NCBI GenBank assembly: GCA_036269115.1
Contig: DATAST010000208.1
Coordinates: 2,431 to 66,430, forward strand
Direction of reading: 5' to 3'
From: Verrucomicrobiia bacterium
Lineage (GTDB): Bacteria; Verrucomicrobiota; Verrucomicrobiia; Limisphaerales; UBA11358
DNA: 64,000 nt
Part shown: piece after piece, positions 17,646 through 26,673 of the stretch
Position numbering within the stretch: position 1 is the stretch's first letter
Layout: each line of letters starts with the position of its first letter
Program-made: the position numbers and the translations under genes
The notes under the pieces: generated by a model
What the model saw: the letters and a program-made list of their open reading frames with translations, nothing else
Told to the model about the DNA's origin: nothing
The model's database searches: none

Positions 17646-19070
17646 TCAATTTATGACAACTCCTGTTTGATTGTTTGCCATTGAATCACTGCGGTTTTGC
17701 GGCAACAGCCTCATTTCTGTTCCCACAGGCTCCGTCTCGGTGGCCAATTCAGGCCTGGGATAATCCATAGAAATGAGAAAAATCACGAAATAAACGGGAT
17801 CTAACGATCGAAATGCCGCTTCGGTCCAGCCATAAAACAATGACGCCAACAAAAAGGCGAGGCGAAATCGGCCCCAATTCAATCCTTGAATCAAGTCCCT
17901 GCGTGCCTTTTGATAAATCACAAAAAACCATCCAAGCAAAAAGAACAGCCCAGCCAGCCCCAAGTTCAAATAAGTATCAAGGTAGGCATTGTGCGCTTCA
18001 TTCGGGATGAAGGCCCACCCTGGCCAAAAACTTTGCTTTATATGATCGCCCAGCCAGAAGCTTTCATACCCGGCGCCCAGAATCGGGTTGATTTTGACCT
18101 GAAGCAAGTATTGCCAGATCACAGTACGTCCAGACAGCGTTGGGTTCTTCCCCAGAAGCTGAATCATGCCGCTATAAATTCCAAACACGCCCTCAGCTAC
18201 GACACCAAAAATCACCGCAGCCACAATATAAGTGCCAATATAGCGGGGATTCACTCGAGGAGAATTGAGAACCAATATCAGAGTCGAGGCGATCAGGAAA
18301 GAAACCAAAGAAGTTGAACTTTGGGCCATCTGAAAAAGCCATCCAATCCCATACCCGAGACATGCTATTAAAATCAGTTCGTTTCGCCGCTCTATGCTCT
18401 TTTCCTGCTGCCAGACCTTTAGGAAATACCGAAAAAGGAAGACCCCCAAAATAAAAAGATCGAGCCCCAGCGTATTCTTATTGACCGTAATGCCAGTGTT
18501 TGCAGACGCTCCAGTCCAGGGATCAAAACTTCGGCCCAGATAGGGGAAATATTTTATAAAGAGAACGGATACCGGCAAAATTACATATGCAAGCCGCATC
18601 ATTATGCATGTCAGTGCTTCATCAAAATTCTCCTCGGTAAGAATTACCAAAACCATGATTGGGAGACCCATGTCCTTTAGCCATCGCTTCATTGCCACAA
18701 GCGGAAAATCCGACCAAAAAATAGCCAGGAAGCAATAGACCATGAAAACCGCCATCCATCGATTGTTGCGAAGTGTTTCCGAAAGGCTGACCCGTCGCTG
18801 ATAAAGAACACAAAGGCCTGCGAGGATCAAGAGTTCGAAACCGACGGCATCCAGGGGGCTTCCATCCTCGACATTGACCGGCCCAATTTGAAGACCAAAA
18901 ATATCCAGCCATTGCGACGTACCTCTCGTTGTAATGATCAACAGCCATAGCAGAGGGATCCAAAGGGCTTTTGAGACCGGACGGTTCCGGCGGATGTCCC
19001 GGTAATACAGGAAACCGATTAAGCCCAGCGTTAGCCAGGTCGCGACCGCAGGAGGAAGATGCAATCCCAT
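17646..19070 (-). CDS. O-antigen ligase/polymerase (Wzy_C) family membrane protein
   Basis: Multi-TM protein with PNEAHNAYLDTYLNLGLAGL, the Wzy_C-type HN-x-YL ... G motif. Confidence 0.75.
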   Translation of the reverse strand: MGLHLPPAVATWLTLGLIGFLYYRDIRRNRPVSKALWIPLLWLLIITTRGTSQWLDIFGLQIGPVNVEDGSPLDAVGFELLILAGLCVLYQRRVSLSETLRNNRWMAVFMVYCFLAIFWSDFPLVAMKRWLKDMGLPIMVLVILTEENFDEALTCIMMRLAYVILPVSVLFIKYFPYLGRSFDPWTGASANTGITVNKNTLGLDLFILGVFLFRYFLKVWQQEKSIERRNELILIACLGYGIGWLFQMAQSSTSLVSFLIASTLILVLNSPRVNPRYIGTYIVAAVIFGVVAEGVFGIYSGMIQLLGKNPTLSGRTVIWQYLLQVKINPILGAGYESFWLGDHIKQSFWPGWAFIPNEAHNAYLDTYLNLGLAGLFFLLGWFFVIYQKARRDLIQGLNWGRFRLAFLLASLFYGWTEAAFRSLDPVYFVIFLISMDYPRPELATETEPVGTEMRLLPQNRSDSMANNQTGVVIN

Positions 19071-19105
19071 TGCTTTGAACTAAAAACTGAATCCGCTTGA
19101 CGGAC

Positions 19106-20398
19106 TCAGGTTTCAGCAATGTGCGGACGTTCTTCTTTCGCGACAGCAGTTTCACGGGCAGGCAAGAGGCAACGATACGCATCCAACAGTTTCTTGCTTA
19201 CCACAGACCACTGGAGGTCATTTTCCACTCTTTTGCGGCCAAAATCACCCAACTCCCGGCGCATCGCCGGTGAATCCATCAGCTTGTTGATGGCTTCGGC
19301 GAATTTCAATTCGTCGTTGGGCGGAACATAAAGCGCGGCCGACTGGGCGGAAAACCTCGTCTCCTTCAAGTCAAAGGTGACAATGGGTTTGGCGTAGGCC
19401 ATGTACTCCATCACCTTAATCCACGTCGATACATCATTTAATGGGCTGGAGGGGTCGGGGTCGACGCAAATATCCGCGGCGCCCAAATTGGAGCGCAAGT
19501 CTTCTTCCGACACAAACCCCGGCAACTCGACATGCTGCTCGATCTTTAAATCCGCCGAAAGGGTCCGCAAGTCCTCAAGAGAATCTCCAGTTCCCATAAT
19601 GACACAATGAAAGTCGCCCCGGTTCAACGTGTATTTCAGCTTGTGCAATGAGCGAAGCAGGTAATCCACGCCGTCTTGCGGATTCAGGCAACCGATATAA
19701 ACGAGAATACATTTATTCATTGCCCGCAGCCGCGGGCTGGGTTCGGCCTGGGTCATGCGCAACTTGTCCGGGCCGTTGCGAACAACAAAAATGCTTTCCG
19801 GCTTTTTCTTTCCCCTGGTGATGTGAACCTGTTTGTAGGATTCATTTGTCGCTATCGTCACGGTGGCCAACTTGAGGCTGCACCATTCAGTGATACCCAA
19901 CATACGGGTCAATATCCCCTCGCCTGCCCCATAACGCGACCGATAGAGTTCCGGACACAAGTCATGATGGTCGAAGACATATTTTACGCCAAACAATTTG
20001 AACGGAAGCGCCGCCAGAAAAAGCGTATCGGGCGGGTTATGGGAATGAATTGCATCAAAACCACGTCGCACAAAAATACCAGCGCTGATCAGGAAGCATG
20101 CGCTCGTAAAATAGAAATACTCGACCAGATAGCCCAGGAACGACTTGGCGCGTAGCAGAATGCGCCCGACGAAACCTGTGTCGTCTGAAGAGGCCTTTTT
20201 GAAAAGCTCTATTCGCGGCACTCGATAGACACGAACATCGCCGACAGTTTCAAACCGCGATTGGCCCGGCTTTGCCAGGCAAATGACACTCACGTCATAG
20301 CCCTGAGAAGCCAGGAGCGTCGCCTCGTTACGAACCCGAATATCCTGCGGGTAGTGGTTCTCTACCAGCATTACAACTCTACCAACAGATTCCATCAT
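19106..20398 (-). CDS. Glycosyltransferase family 4
   Basis: GT-B layout. MLVENHYPQDIRVRNEA is the N-terminal motif of the WbuB/EpsD-like GT4 subgroup. Its start overlaps the upstream gene's stop region by 20 nt. Confidence 0.7.
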   Translation of the reverse strand: MMESVGRVVMLVENHYPQDIRVRNEATLLASQGYDVSVICLAKPGQSRFETVGDVRVYRVPRIELFKKASSDDTGFVGRILLRAKSFLGYLVEYFYFTSACFLISAGIFVRRGFDAIHSHNPPDTLFLAALPFKLFGVKYVFDHHDLCPELYRSRYGAGEGILTRMLGITEWCSLKLATVTIATNESYKQVHITRGKKKPESIFVVRNGPDKLRMTQAEPSPRLRAMNKCILVYIGCLNPQDGVDYLLRSLHKLKYTLNRGDFHCVIMGTGDSLEDLRTLSADLKIEQHVELPGFVSEEDLRSNLGAADICVDPDPSSPLNDVSTWIKVMEYMAYAKPIVTFDLKETRFSAQSAALYVPPNDELKFAEAINKLMDSPAMRRELGDFGRKRVENDLQWSVVSKKLLDAYRCLLPARETAVAKEERPHIAET

Positions 20399-22652
20399 AA
20401 ATAGCAGGTTTGCGGCCTCCGTTTTGAAATAGTCTTACAAAATCAATGACGATGCATTTTCCATCCACGTCAGCCATCGCCGTCTCAAATTCCAGTTGTT
20501 TTTTGCAAATGACCAGGACCTCCGCGTCCTTCATCATCTCAGTGACCGATGATTTCATAATCGCGGAAATATGCGGGAGCGCGCGTTCGATGTATTGTTT
20601 GTTTTTGCCGCGTATCGCGGAAATCGTGACGTCGCTGTCATAGACGGTGACCTGATAACCCTTGCCGATCAACCGTTCAATAAAGGTCACAGTCGGACTT
20701 TCGCGCAAATCGTCACTGTCGGCCTTGAAACTCAATCCGAAAATACCGATTTTGGTCTTGCCGGTGCGGCGAACCATGTCATAGGCCCGTTCAATTTGAA
20801 GCTGATTGCTTTCCAGAATGGATTCCAGGAGGGGCAATTGCAAGTCGTGCTGTTTGCCGAGGTGGGTCAGGGCTCGCAAGTCTTTGGGGAGGCACGAACC
20901 GCCAAAAGCAAAACCGGGCTTCAAATAATAAGGCGAAAGGTTAAGCTTGTGGTCTTTGCAGAAAATGTCCATGACCCGCCAACTGTCCACCCCAAGCGCC
21001 TTGCAGAGCGCTCCAATCTCATTCGCAAATGACACCTTTAATGCATGGAATGAATTGCACGCATACTTGATGCTTTCCGCCACCCGGATGGGCACGAACT
21101 CCAGCGGAGCGTCAATATCCCGGTATAGCATCGAAACGACGTCGGCGGCGCGGCTTTCGGAAGCGCCGATAATGGTAAAGGGTGGTTTATAGAAATCGTT
21201 CACAGCGGTGGATTCCCGCAGGAATTCGGGATTCATGCAAACGCCAAAATCTTTGCCGGCTTTCTTTCCAGAGAATTTTTCCAGCAACGGGATAATTTGA
21301 CTTTCAACGGTTCCCGGAATGACTGTGCTGCGAATGTTTACAACGTGATAATGATCGGTCTTTTTCAGTAAAGCGCCGATGTCTTCGCAGACCCGGAACA
21401 CCTGTCGCAAGTCCAGGCTGCCGTTATCGTTGCTGGGAGTTCCTACACAGACGAGAGAAATCTCCCCCAATACCGTGCACTGAGTCCTGGCGCGCAATCG
21501 GGCTTTGGCGATCATCGTCTGCAGGATTTCCTCCAACCCCGGTTCCACAATCGGACTTTGACCGGAATTGACCAGGGCCACCTTGCCGGGGTCCGAATCA
21601 ATACCTGTAACGTCATATCCCTGCCTGGCGAGACATGCCGCGGTCACTGAACCGACATATCCCATTCCAAAAATTGTCACTTTGGTAACGCTATTAACTT
21701 CACGTTTGGCGGGCCCTTCTTGCCTGTTCTGGCGCGGCATGCTTGCGGTGCAGTGAGCCGCAATTTCCTTCGGCAACGCCTGCCAATACTTTCCCGCGTA
21801 GTTTTTTTGAACGTATTTCAAAAATCGCTCATAGAATTCCACCGGATACTCGTCACGCGCGCCGGGCTGGCCATTCATGGTCATATAATCCGGGTGAGAA
21901 TTGAGCAACACCATGCCGCCGCGTTCGGCGATCCAGTCCAATTTCCTCATCCAAATATCGGGTTGCTGCTCCTGGAGCACGAGGAACAAGGTCGAATCCT
22001 GCGGCAACGTATAGGGAAGTTCCACATAACCGCTGCGCCCATTGCCCGCCGATGTTCGCGGGACCCAAAAGGGAAAGATGGTGCCGACGTCGTCGGGTTG
22101 TGGCTCGAAAGGATCGGTGTCAAAGGTGCAGGACGCATAATCCACGTCCAGGTCGTGGATCCAATCCAGATTATGAAACATGAATCCAGACCGAAATCCG
22201 CGGGCGTCCCAGGCACGCAAGTAACGGTTGATATGGACTGCGCCGTCTTTGAACTTTTCCCGGCTCTGAAAAAGTTTGCCATCGTGTTTCAAGTCCTGCA
22301 CGCCCACTTCAAATCCGTTTCGGCGCAACTCCTCCAACAAGTCCAGCGAGACACTGTAATCGGCTTCCGGAATGAAATTGAAAGACGATCGGAAACCCAT
22401 TTCCATTTCAAGCTCCATCAACTGCCGGCATTTGGCCAACCCGCGGGCGTTTTCAACGTCGTGCGTCAATACGAGCGCAAACTTTTTCCCGTCGGGCCAA
22501 CCCGGCCAATCGGCCGGCCGTAATCCAGCGGTTTCCTTGATCGGCCACACGTCCTGATGCATTTTGCGTGTGCGGCGCGCGACCGTCCGACGCACGGCCA
22601 TGCGCAAATTCCAGGGGAGATATGGTTTAAGACCGTAATAGAGCGTATGCAT
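20379..22652 (-). CDS. Fusion protein: N-terminal polysaccharide-deacetylase-like domain plus C-terminal UDP-sugar 6-dehydrogenase (WbpA/TviB/UgdH family)
   Basis: Residues from about 326 onward read KVTIFGMGYVGSVTAACLARQGYDVTGID ... GGSCLPKD, which is the nucleotide-sugar dehydrogenase signature including the catalytic Cys. The N-terminal ~320 aa (FALVLTHDVE ... GFRSGFMFHN) looks like a deacetylase/hydrolase beta/alpha barrel. No stop codon separates the two parts. An in-frame GTG at 21680 could also start a stand-alone dehydrogenase. Confidence 0.7.
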   Translation of the reverse strand: MHTLYYGLKPYLPWNLRMAVRRTVARRTRKMHQDVWPIKETAGLRPADWPGWPDGKKFALVLTHDVENARGLAKCRQLMELEMEMGFRSSFNFIPEADYSVSLDLLEELRRNGFEVGVQDLKHDGKLFQSREKFKDGAVHINRYLRAWDARGFRSGFMFHNLDWIHDLDVDYASCTFDTDPFEPQPDDVGTIFPFWVPRTSAGNGRSGYVELPYTLPQDSTLFLVLQEQQPDIWMRKLDWIAERGGMVLLNSHPDYMTMNGQPGARDEYPVEFYERFLKYVQKNYAGKYWQALPKEIAAHCTASMPRQNRQEGPAKREVNSVTKVTIFGMGYVGSVTAACLARQGYDVTGIDSDPGKVALVNSGQSPIVEPGLEEILQTMIAKARLRARTQCTVLGEISLVCVGTPSNDNGSLDLRQVFRVCEDIGALLKKTDHYHVVNIRSTVIPGTVESQIIPLLEKFSGKKAGKDFGVCMNPEFLRESTAVNDFYKPPFTIIGASESRAADVVSMLYRDIDAPLEFVPIRVAESIKYACNSFHALKVSFANEIGALCKALGVDSWRVMDIFCKDHKLNLSPYYLKPGFAFGGSCLPKDLRALTHLGKQHDLQLPLLESILESNQLQIERAYDMVRRTGKTKIGIFGLSFKADSDDLRESPTVTFIERLIGKGYQVTVYDSDVTISAIRGKNKQYIERALPHISAIMKSSVTEMMKDAEVLVICKKQLEFETAMADVDGKCIVIDFVRLFQNGGRKPAIYDGICW

Positions 22653-22701
22653 AAATAACTAAAACCGACAATTTGGGGTCTAGACTGCGTGAATTTCCCT
22701 T

Positions 22702-24990
22702 TCAGACATTCTGATTCAACTGCTTCGGAACGTATTGGTGGGTCTTGTTCAGCACCACACCGACGGTAGCCCCCACCTCTGTGAGCCACGCATTCGCCTG
22801 TTCCACGGTGTCGCGTCCGGTCTTTTCCGACTCGACGACCAATAGCGTAATGTCCATGAATCGGGCCAGATGCGACGTGATACTTGCAGGATTGATATTC
22901 GGCAAATCAAAAATTATATAATCATATTCGCTGGCCTTGAGTTTGGGCACCAACGCGGTGAATTGCTTCGGCAAAAGCTGTGATAACCCGTCCGAATCAG
23001 CGTTGCCGTTCACGACGTACAGATTCTCCTGAACGAGCGCATTTTTCTTTGTTTCTTTAGCCAGGACGTCGTCCAGACCACAACAGGATTTGCCCTTATA
23101 GAATTGCTGCGCCGCTCCATTCTCCAAATTCATATCTATCAACAAGACATTTCCATCACCGGTCTCGGACAAAGACGCCGCCAGACCGCTGGCAAGAGTG
23201 CTGACCCCGGTACCCCGCCCTGCGCTCGTTAGGGCGACCAATTTCGGTTTGTGGGTGAAATTTTTAACTTCAAAATACAGAATCAACCGGTCCCGCAAGG
23301 CCTTGTGAAAGGGTTGCAATGCCGGATTCTCTTCCAACGAAATCTGCTGGCGATCGCCATTCGGGACAGAGACCAAACGGTTGTTTCCTTTTTCATTCCC
23401 CTCCGCCGCCGGGCCGTTAAAGGTCAATCGGCGTCTTTCCGCGGTCCTGCCCAAACGCGCATAACCGTTTCGATTCACGTTTGGAATGGAAAGGAAAAGG
23501 GGCAATTTCAATTTACGTTCCACTTCAATCGGGCGCTTCACTGAACGATCAAGGATCATTTCAATCAGAAACGCCCAGGCAATTCCGCCAATGATGCCGC
23601 CGACGGCGGCCATGGCCATCATCTTGTGGGTTTTCTTCCAATCCTGGATGGGTGGCGAAGGCTGCTGCACCGGCCTGATGTTGGGCGTTTTGCCCGTATC
23701 AAGTTGTTCATCAATGCGGGATTTTTCAAGACTGACCGAAAGAGTTTGATAGTTTGCCTGCAGAATGGACTCAGTTTCCTGCAGTTGGGCAATCGTTGGG
23801 GTCAAATTGTTCAGATTCGTTGCCTCTGTTTGAAGACTAGCCACTTGCGTTTCCCAGGCCTGGATTTTGGCTTTGAGGCCCGCAATCCTGGCCATTTGCG
23901 TTTGCGGATCTGTCACCAGACCTGCGCTCCCCTGACCGGCCGAATCTGCAACCGGGGCCACTCCGGCTATTTGGGGATATTTTTTCTCAAGAGCCTCTTT
24001 TTCACTCTGTCTGGCCGTAATTTGCTCCTCAATGGACTGAAGCAGGGAATTACTCCGCGTAAAGCCCTGGATCAGATAGTCCTGTTCCTTCTTACGAAAT
24101 GTGTCCAAACCCGTACAAGCTTCGGTGTACGCATCTACCTGGTCCCGTGGAATGGCAGCCGGAGAGCGGTTTGTTGTCGCCATGTTTGGCGACTGCCGTT
24201 CGCTGATGTCATTCAAAGCCGCTTCATCGGCAGACAACTCTGCCTGCGCATCCAGAATCTCGCCATGAACCTTGGAAAGTTGAGTGTCCAAATCTTTTTG
24301 AGAATTATCCAGCGAGATGATATTGAACCTGTTTTTGAGATCGGCCAGTTGCTGTTCAGTCGCATTGAGCCGGACACTCAGCTCGGACTGTTCCATCGTC
24401 ATGGCATCCTCAAATTGACCGCTCGCCGAATGGATTTCATAATGCTTTTGCAGATAAGCATTAATAACCGCCTGAAGGAGCGGCTGAACAATTCTCGGGT
24501 CGCGGTGCTTTAGAGTGATGACGATCACACTGCTGTGCTCGTCGGCAGGTTCCGCGTCCAGGTTGTTGCGAATGAATCCCGCGGCCCGCCCGGCAGAATT
24601 CCCGCCGCCGATTTTCGCAAGAACGTTGGCCGGCCCAATATTTGATGCAGCCTCTTCCGCCACATCCAAACTGGTCAAAATCTTGATTTCTGAATTAATG
24701 ACATCTTCGCCATCCCGATCCGGAACAATCATTCTCTGACTATCGCCCGCTAACGGCATTTGCGTCGCTTCCGGGACATATTTGACAAACAATTCCGCCT
24801 GCGATTGATATAACGGCGCCTTTAAATGATAAATCGCCCCAGCCGCCAGTAATCCCATCAACGAAGTAAGGACGATCTTCCACTTATGGCGGAAAATAGT
24901 GTAGTACACGTCCCCCAATGATATTCCCGGCGGAGGAGGGACTTGTTTGTTATTGTTCATGCAATGCCCGTTTTGAATGGGACACACCAC
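22702..24990 (-). CDS. Polysaccharide co-polymerase (Wzz/GumC-like) fused to a BY-kinase-like P-loop domain with a degenerate Walker A
   Basis: N-terminal TM, a long coiled-coil periplasmic region, a second TM, then the C-terminal ALTSAGRGTGVSTLASGLA ... VLLIDMNLENG ... YIIFDLPN. The Walker A Lys is replaced (GVST rather than GKST). There is no C-terminal Tyr cluster. Confidence 0.7.
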   Translation of the reverse strand: MVCPIQNGHCMNNNKQVPPPPGISLGDVYYTIFRHKWKIVLTSLMGLLAAGAIYHLKAPLYQSQAELFVKYVPEATQMPLAGDSQRMIVPDRDGEDVINSEIKILTSLDVAEEAASNIGPANVLAKIGGGNSAGRAAGFIRNNLDAEPADEHSSVIVITLKHRDPRIVQPLLQAVINAYLQKHYEIHSASGQFEDAMTMEQSELSVRLNATEQQLADLKNRFNIISLDNSQKDLDTQLSKVHGEILDAQAELSADEAALNDISERQSPNMATTNRSPAAIPRDQVDAYTEACTGLDTFRKKEQDYLIQGFTRSNSLLQSIEEQITARQSEKEALEKKYPQIAGVAPVADSAGQGSAGLVTDPQTQMARIAGLKAKIQAWETQVASLQTEATNLNNLTPTIAQLQETESILQANYQTLSVSLEKSRIDEQLDTGKTPNIRPVQQPSPPIQDWKKTHKMMAMAAVGGIIGGIAWAFLIEMILDRSVKRPIEVERKLKLPLFLSIPNVNRNGYARLGRTAERRRLTFNGPAAEGNEKGNNRLVSVPNGDRQQISLEENPALQPFHKALRDRLILYFEVKNFTHKPKLVALTSAGRGTGVSTLASGLAASLSETGDGNVLLIDMNLENGAAQQFYKGKSCCGLDDVLAKETKKNALVQENLYVVNGNADSDGLSQLLPKQFTALVPKLKASEYDYIIFDLPNINPASITSHLARFMDITLLVVESEKTGRDTVEQANAWLTEVGATVGVVLNKTHQYVPKQLNQNV

Positions 24991-25003
24991 TCTGTGTTTC
25001 TGC

Positions 25004-26107
25004 TCAAGCTAAATGACGATATAATGCGGCACCGATCACTCGCGAAAGGCCCACGGGAAGCGCGCGAAATACCCGGTTGTGCCAGCCCGTTGCTCCATCT
25101 GTATCCGTGACAAACCTGTTCCGTCGCAAATCATATTTCACGTATTCAATTTTATGCTCCCGGGCGCCCCAATGCAGTTTGAAACGCCGCAGACCTTCGT
25201 GGTCGATAGACGTCCTGCCCAAATCCAGCGTCCTGGCGCCGTGACGCCTCAGGCGTTTGATCGCCTCCCACATTACCAGGCTCGGGCCCCGAAATTGTTG
25301 GAATGTGTCATCCGAAGCGCCAAACTTGTAAACCGCCTGGGCTCCCCATTGAAAATAAACCGACGCCGCTACGGGCCGGTCCTGCCAATGCGCCACAACC
25401 ACCATGCCGAGGTCGCGGGAGAGAATGTGCCGAAAGATACTGCTGAAAAATCCGAACGGTTGTGGCGGCAAACCATGCTTCTGGCGCGTTTTGCAATGCA
25501 ATGAATAGAATGTTTTCAGGGCATCCAATCCGCTGGAAACGGTTACCGTCAAACCGGATTTCTCAGCCTTGCGAATTGCGCGGCGCGTCGAACTGTCCAT
25601 CCGCGCAAATAACGCGTCTTCGCCTGCCTCTAAATCCAGACGATGGCCGTAAAACGAAACCGCCGGAGGTGCACTCGGGAACAACTCACGCCCGCCCCGA
25701 AACTCGACGAAATTCCATCCCCTGGACTTTCCCAATGCCACCGCACTTTGAACCATCCGATAGGCCCAGGCGCAGTCATCGTAAAGCGGCCCGCACTCGT
25801 CGGTAAACGGAAGCCCGATGCCTCTGCGTCCCGTAAGCTCGCTGTCTACCTCCATGAGCGGAAGCACACCACGAACGATGCCTCCGTCCTCCACAGTCAA
25901 ATAGACCGGCCTGTAGCCATACGCGCCTTCCAGCGTTTTGGCCCACGCGGCACTGTGGAAAAAGGAATAATCCGAAAAATCCGCCAGCGACGCCCCCCAG
26001 TTAGAAGCCTGGCCAGGATTTACTACGTGCACCGAAGCCGCGACCGCCCGTCCTGCCTGTGAGCCGTCCCCATAGCGGGGCAGGCATCTATTTACCGCCG
26101 TGGCCAT
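25004..26107 (-). CDS. FemAB-related protein (PEP-CTERM-locus type)
   Basis: FFHSAAWAKTLEGAYGYRPVYLTVEDGGIVRGVLPLM ... GLPFTDECGPL ... RRAIRKAEKSGLTV ... FKLHWGA is the FemAB/GNAT duplicate layout. The track ORF reaches 26155. I chose the ATG at 26107, but the start is uncertain. Confidence 0.65.
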   Translation of the reverse strand: MATAVNRCLPRYGDGSQAGRAVAASVHVVNPGQASNWGASLADFSDYSFFHSAAWAKTLEGAYGYRPVYLTVEDGGIVRGVLPLMEVDSELTGRRGIGLPFTDECGPLYDDCAWAYRMVQSAVALGKSRGWNFVEFRGGRELFPSAPPAVSFYGHRLDLEAGEDALFARMDSSTRRAIRKAEKSGLTVTVSSGLDALKTFYSLHCKTRQKHGLPPQPFGFFSSIFRHILSRDLGMVVVAHWQDRPVAASVYFQWGAQAVYKFGASDDTFQQFRGPSLVMWEAIKRLRRHGARTLDLGRTSIDHEGLRRFKLHWGAREHKIEYVKYDLRRNRFVTDTDGATGWHNRVFRALPVGLSRVIGAALYRHLA

Positions 26108-26636
26108 GTTCGCCTGCAAGTGTCGCGTTAACATGGTCCGCCTGTTTGCCCGCAAGTGACCGGATGGGTCTGGCCGGATTGCCTGCTACCACCACGTCGG
26201 GTGGCACATCCCGGACTACCACGCTGCCGGCTCCGATCAGCGCATTCTCGCCGATCGTAATGCCACATAGAAGAGTCGCGCCCGAACCGATGGATGCGCC
26301 TCGTTTGACCACTGTAGGAAGACACTCCCAATCCGCCTCCGTTTGCAACCCCCCGTTCCCGTTGGTTGCACGCGGATACATATCATTCGTGAATGTCACA
26401 TTGTGACCCACGAAAACATCATCCTCAAGGACTACACCCTGGCACAGAAAGCTATGACTGGAGATCTTGCAGCGGTTCCCGATCTTAACCCCCTTCTGAA
26501 TCTCCACGAACGGTCCTACCTTCACATCGTCTCCCAGTTCGCAACCGTAAAGGTTTGCGTAACCGAACAAGCGGACATTCCGGCCCAGCTTCACATCCGG
26601 AGCGATCCGGACAAAAGGCGCATCAGCAGCGTTCAT
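26088..26636 (-). CDS. Left-handed beta-helix (hexapeptide) N-acetyltransferase, WbpD/WlbB-like
   Basis: Hexapeptide repeats are visible throughout (IGNRCKISSHSFLCQGVVLEDDVFVGHNVTF ... IGSGATLLCGITIGENALIGAGSVV). It sits next to a WbpB-like oxidoreductase. Confidence 0.75.
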   Translation of the reverse strand: MNAADAPFVRIAPDVKLGRNVRLFGYANLYGCELGDDVKVGPFVEIQKGVKIGNRCKISSHSFLCQGVVLEDDVFVGHNVTFTNDMYPRATNGNGGLQTEADWECLPTVVKRGASIGSGATLLCGITIGENALIGAGSVVVRDVPPDVVVAGNPARPIRSLAGKQADHVNATLAGEHGHGGK

Positions 26637-26673
26637 TTACAATTGACTTGTCGACACTCGCAGTCGATACGGA

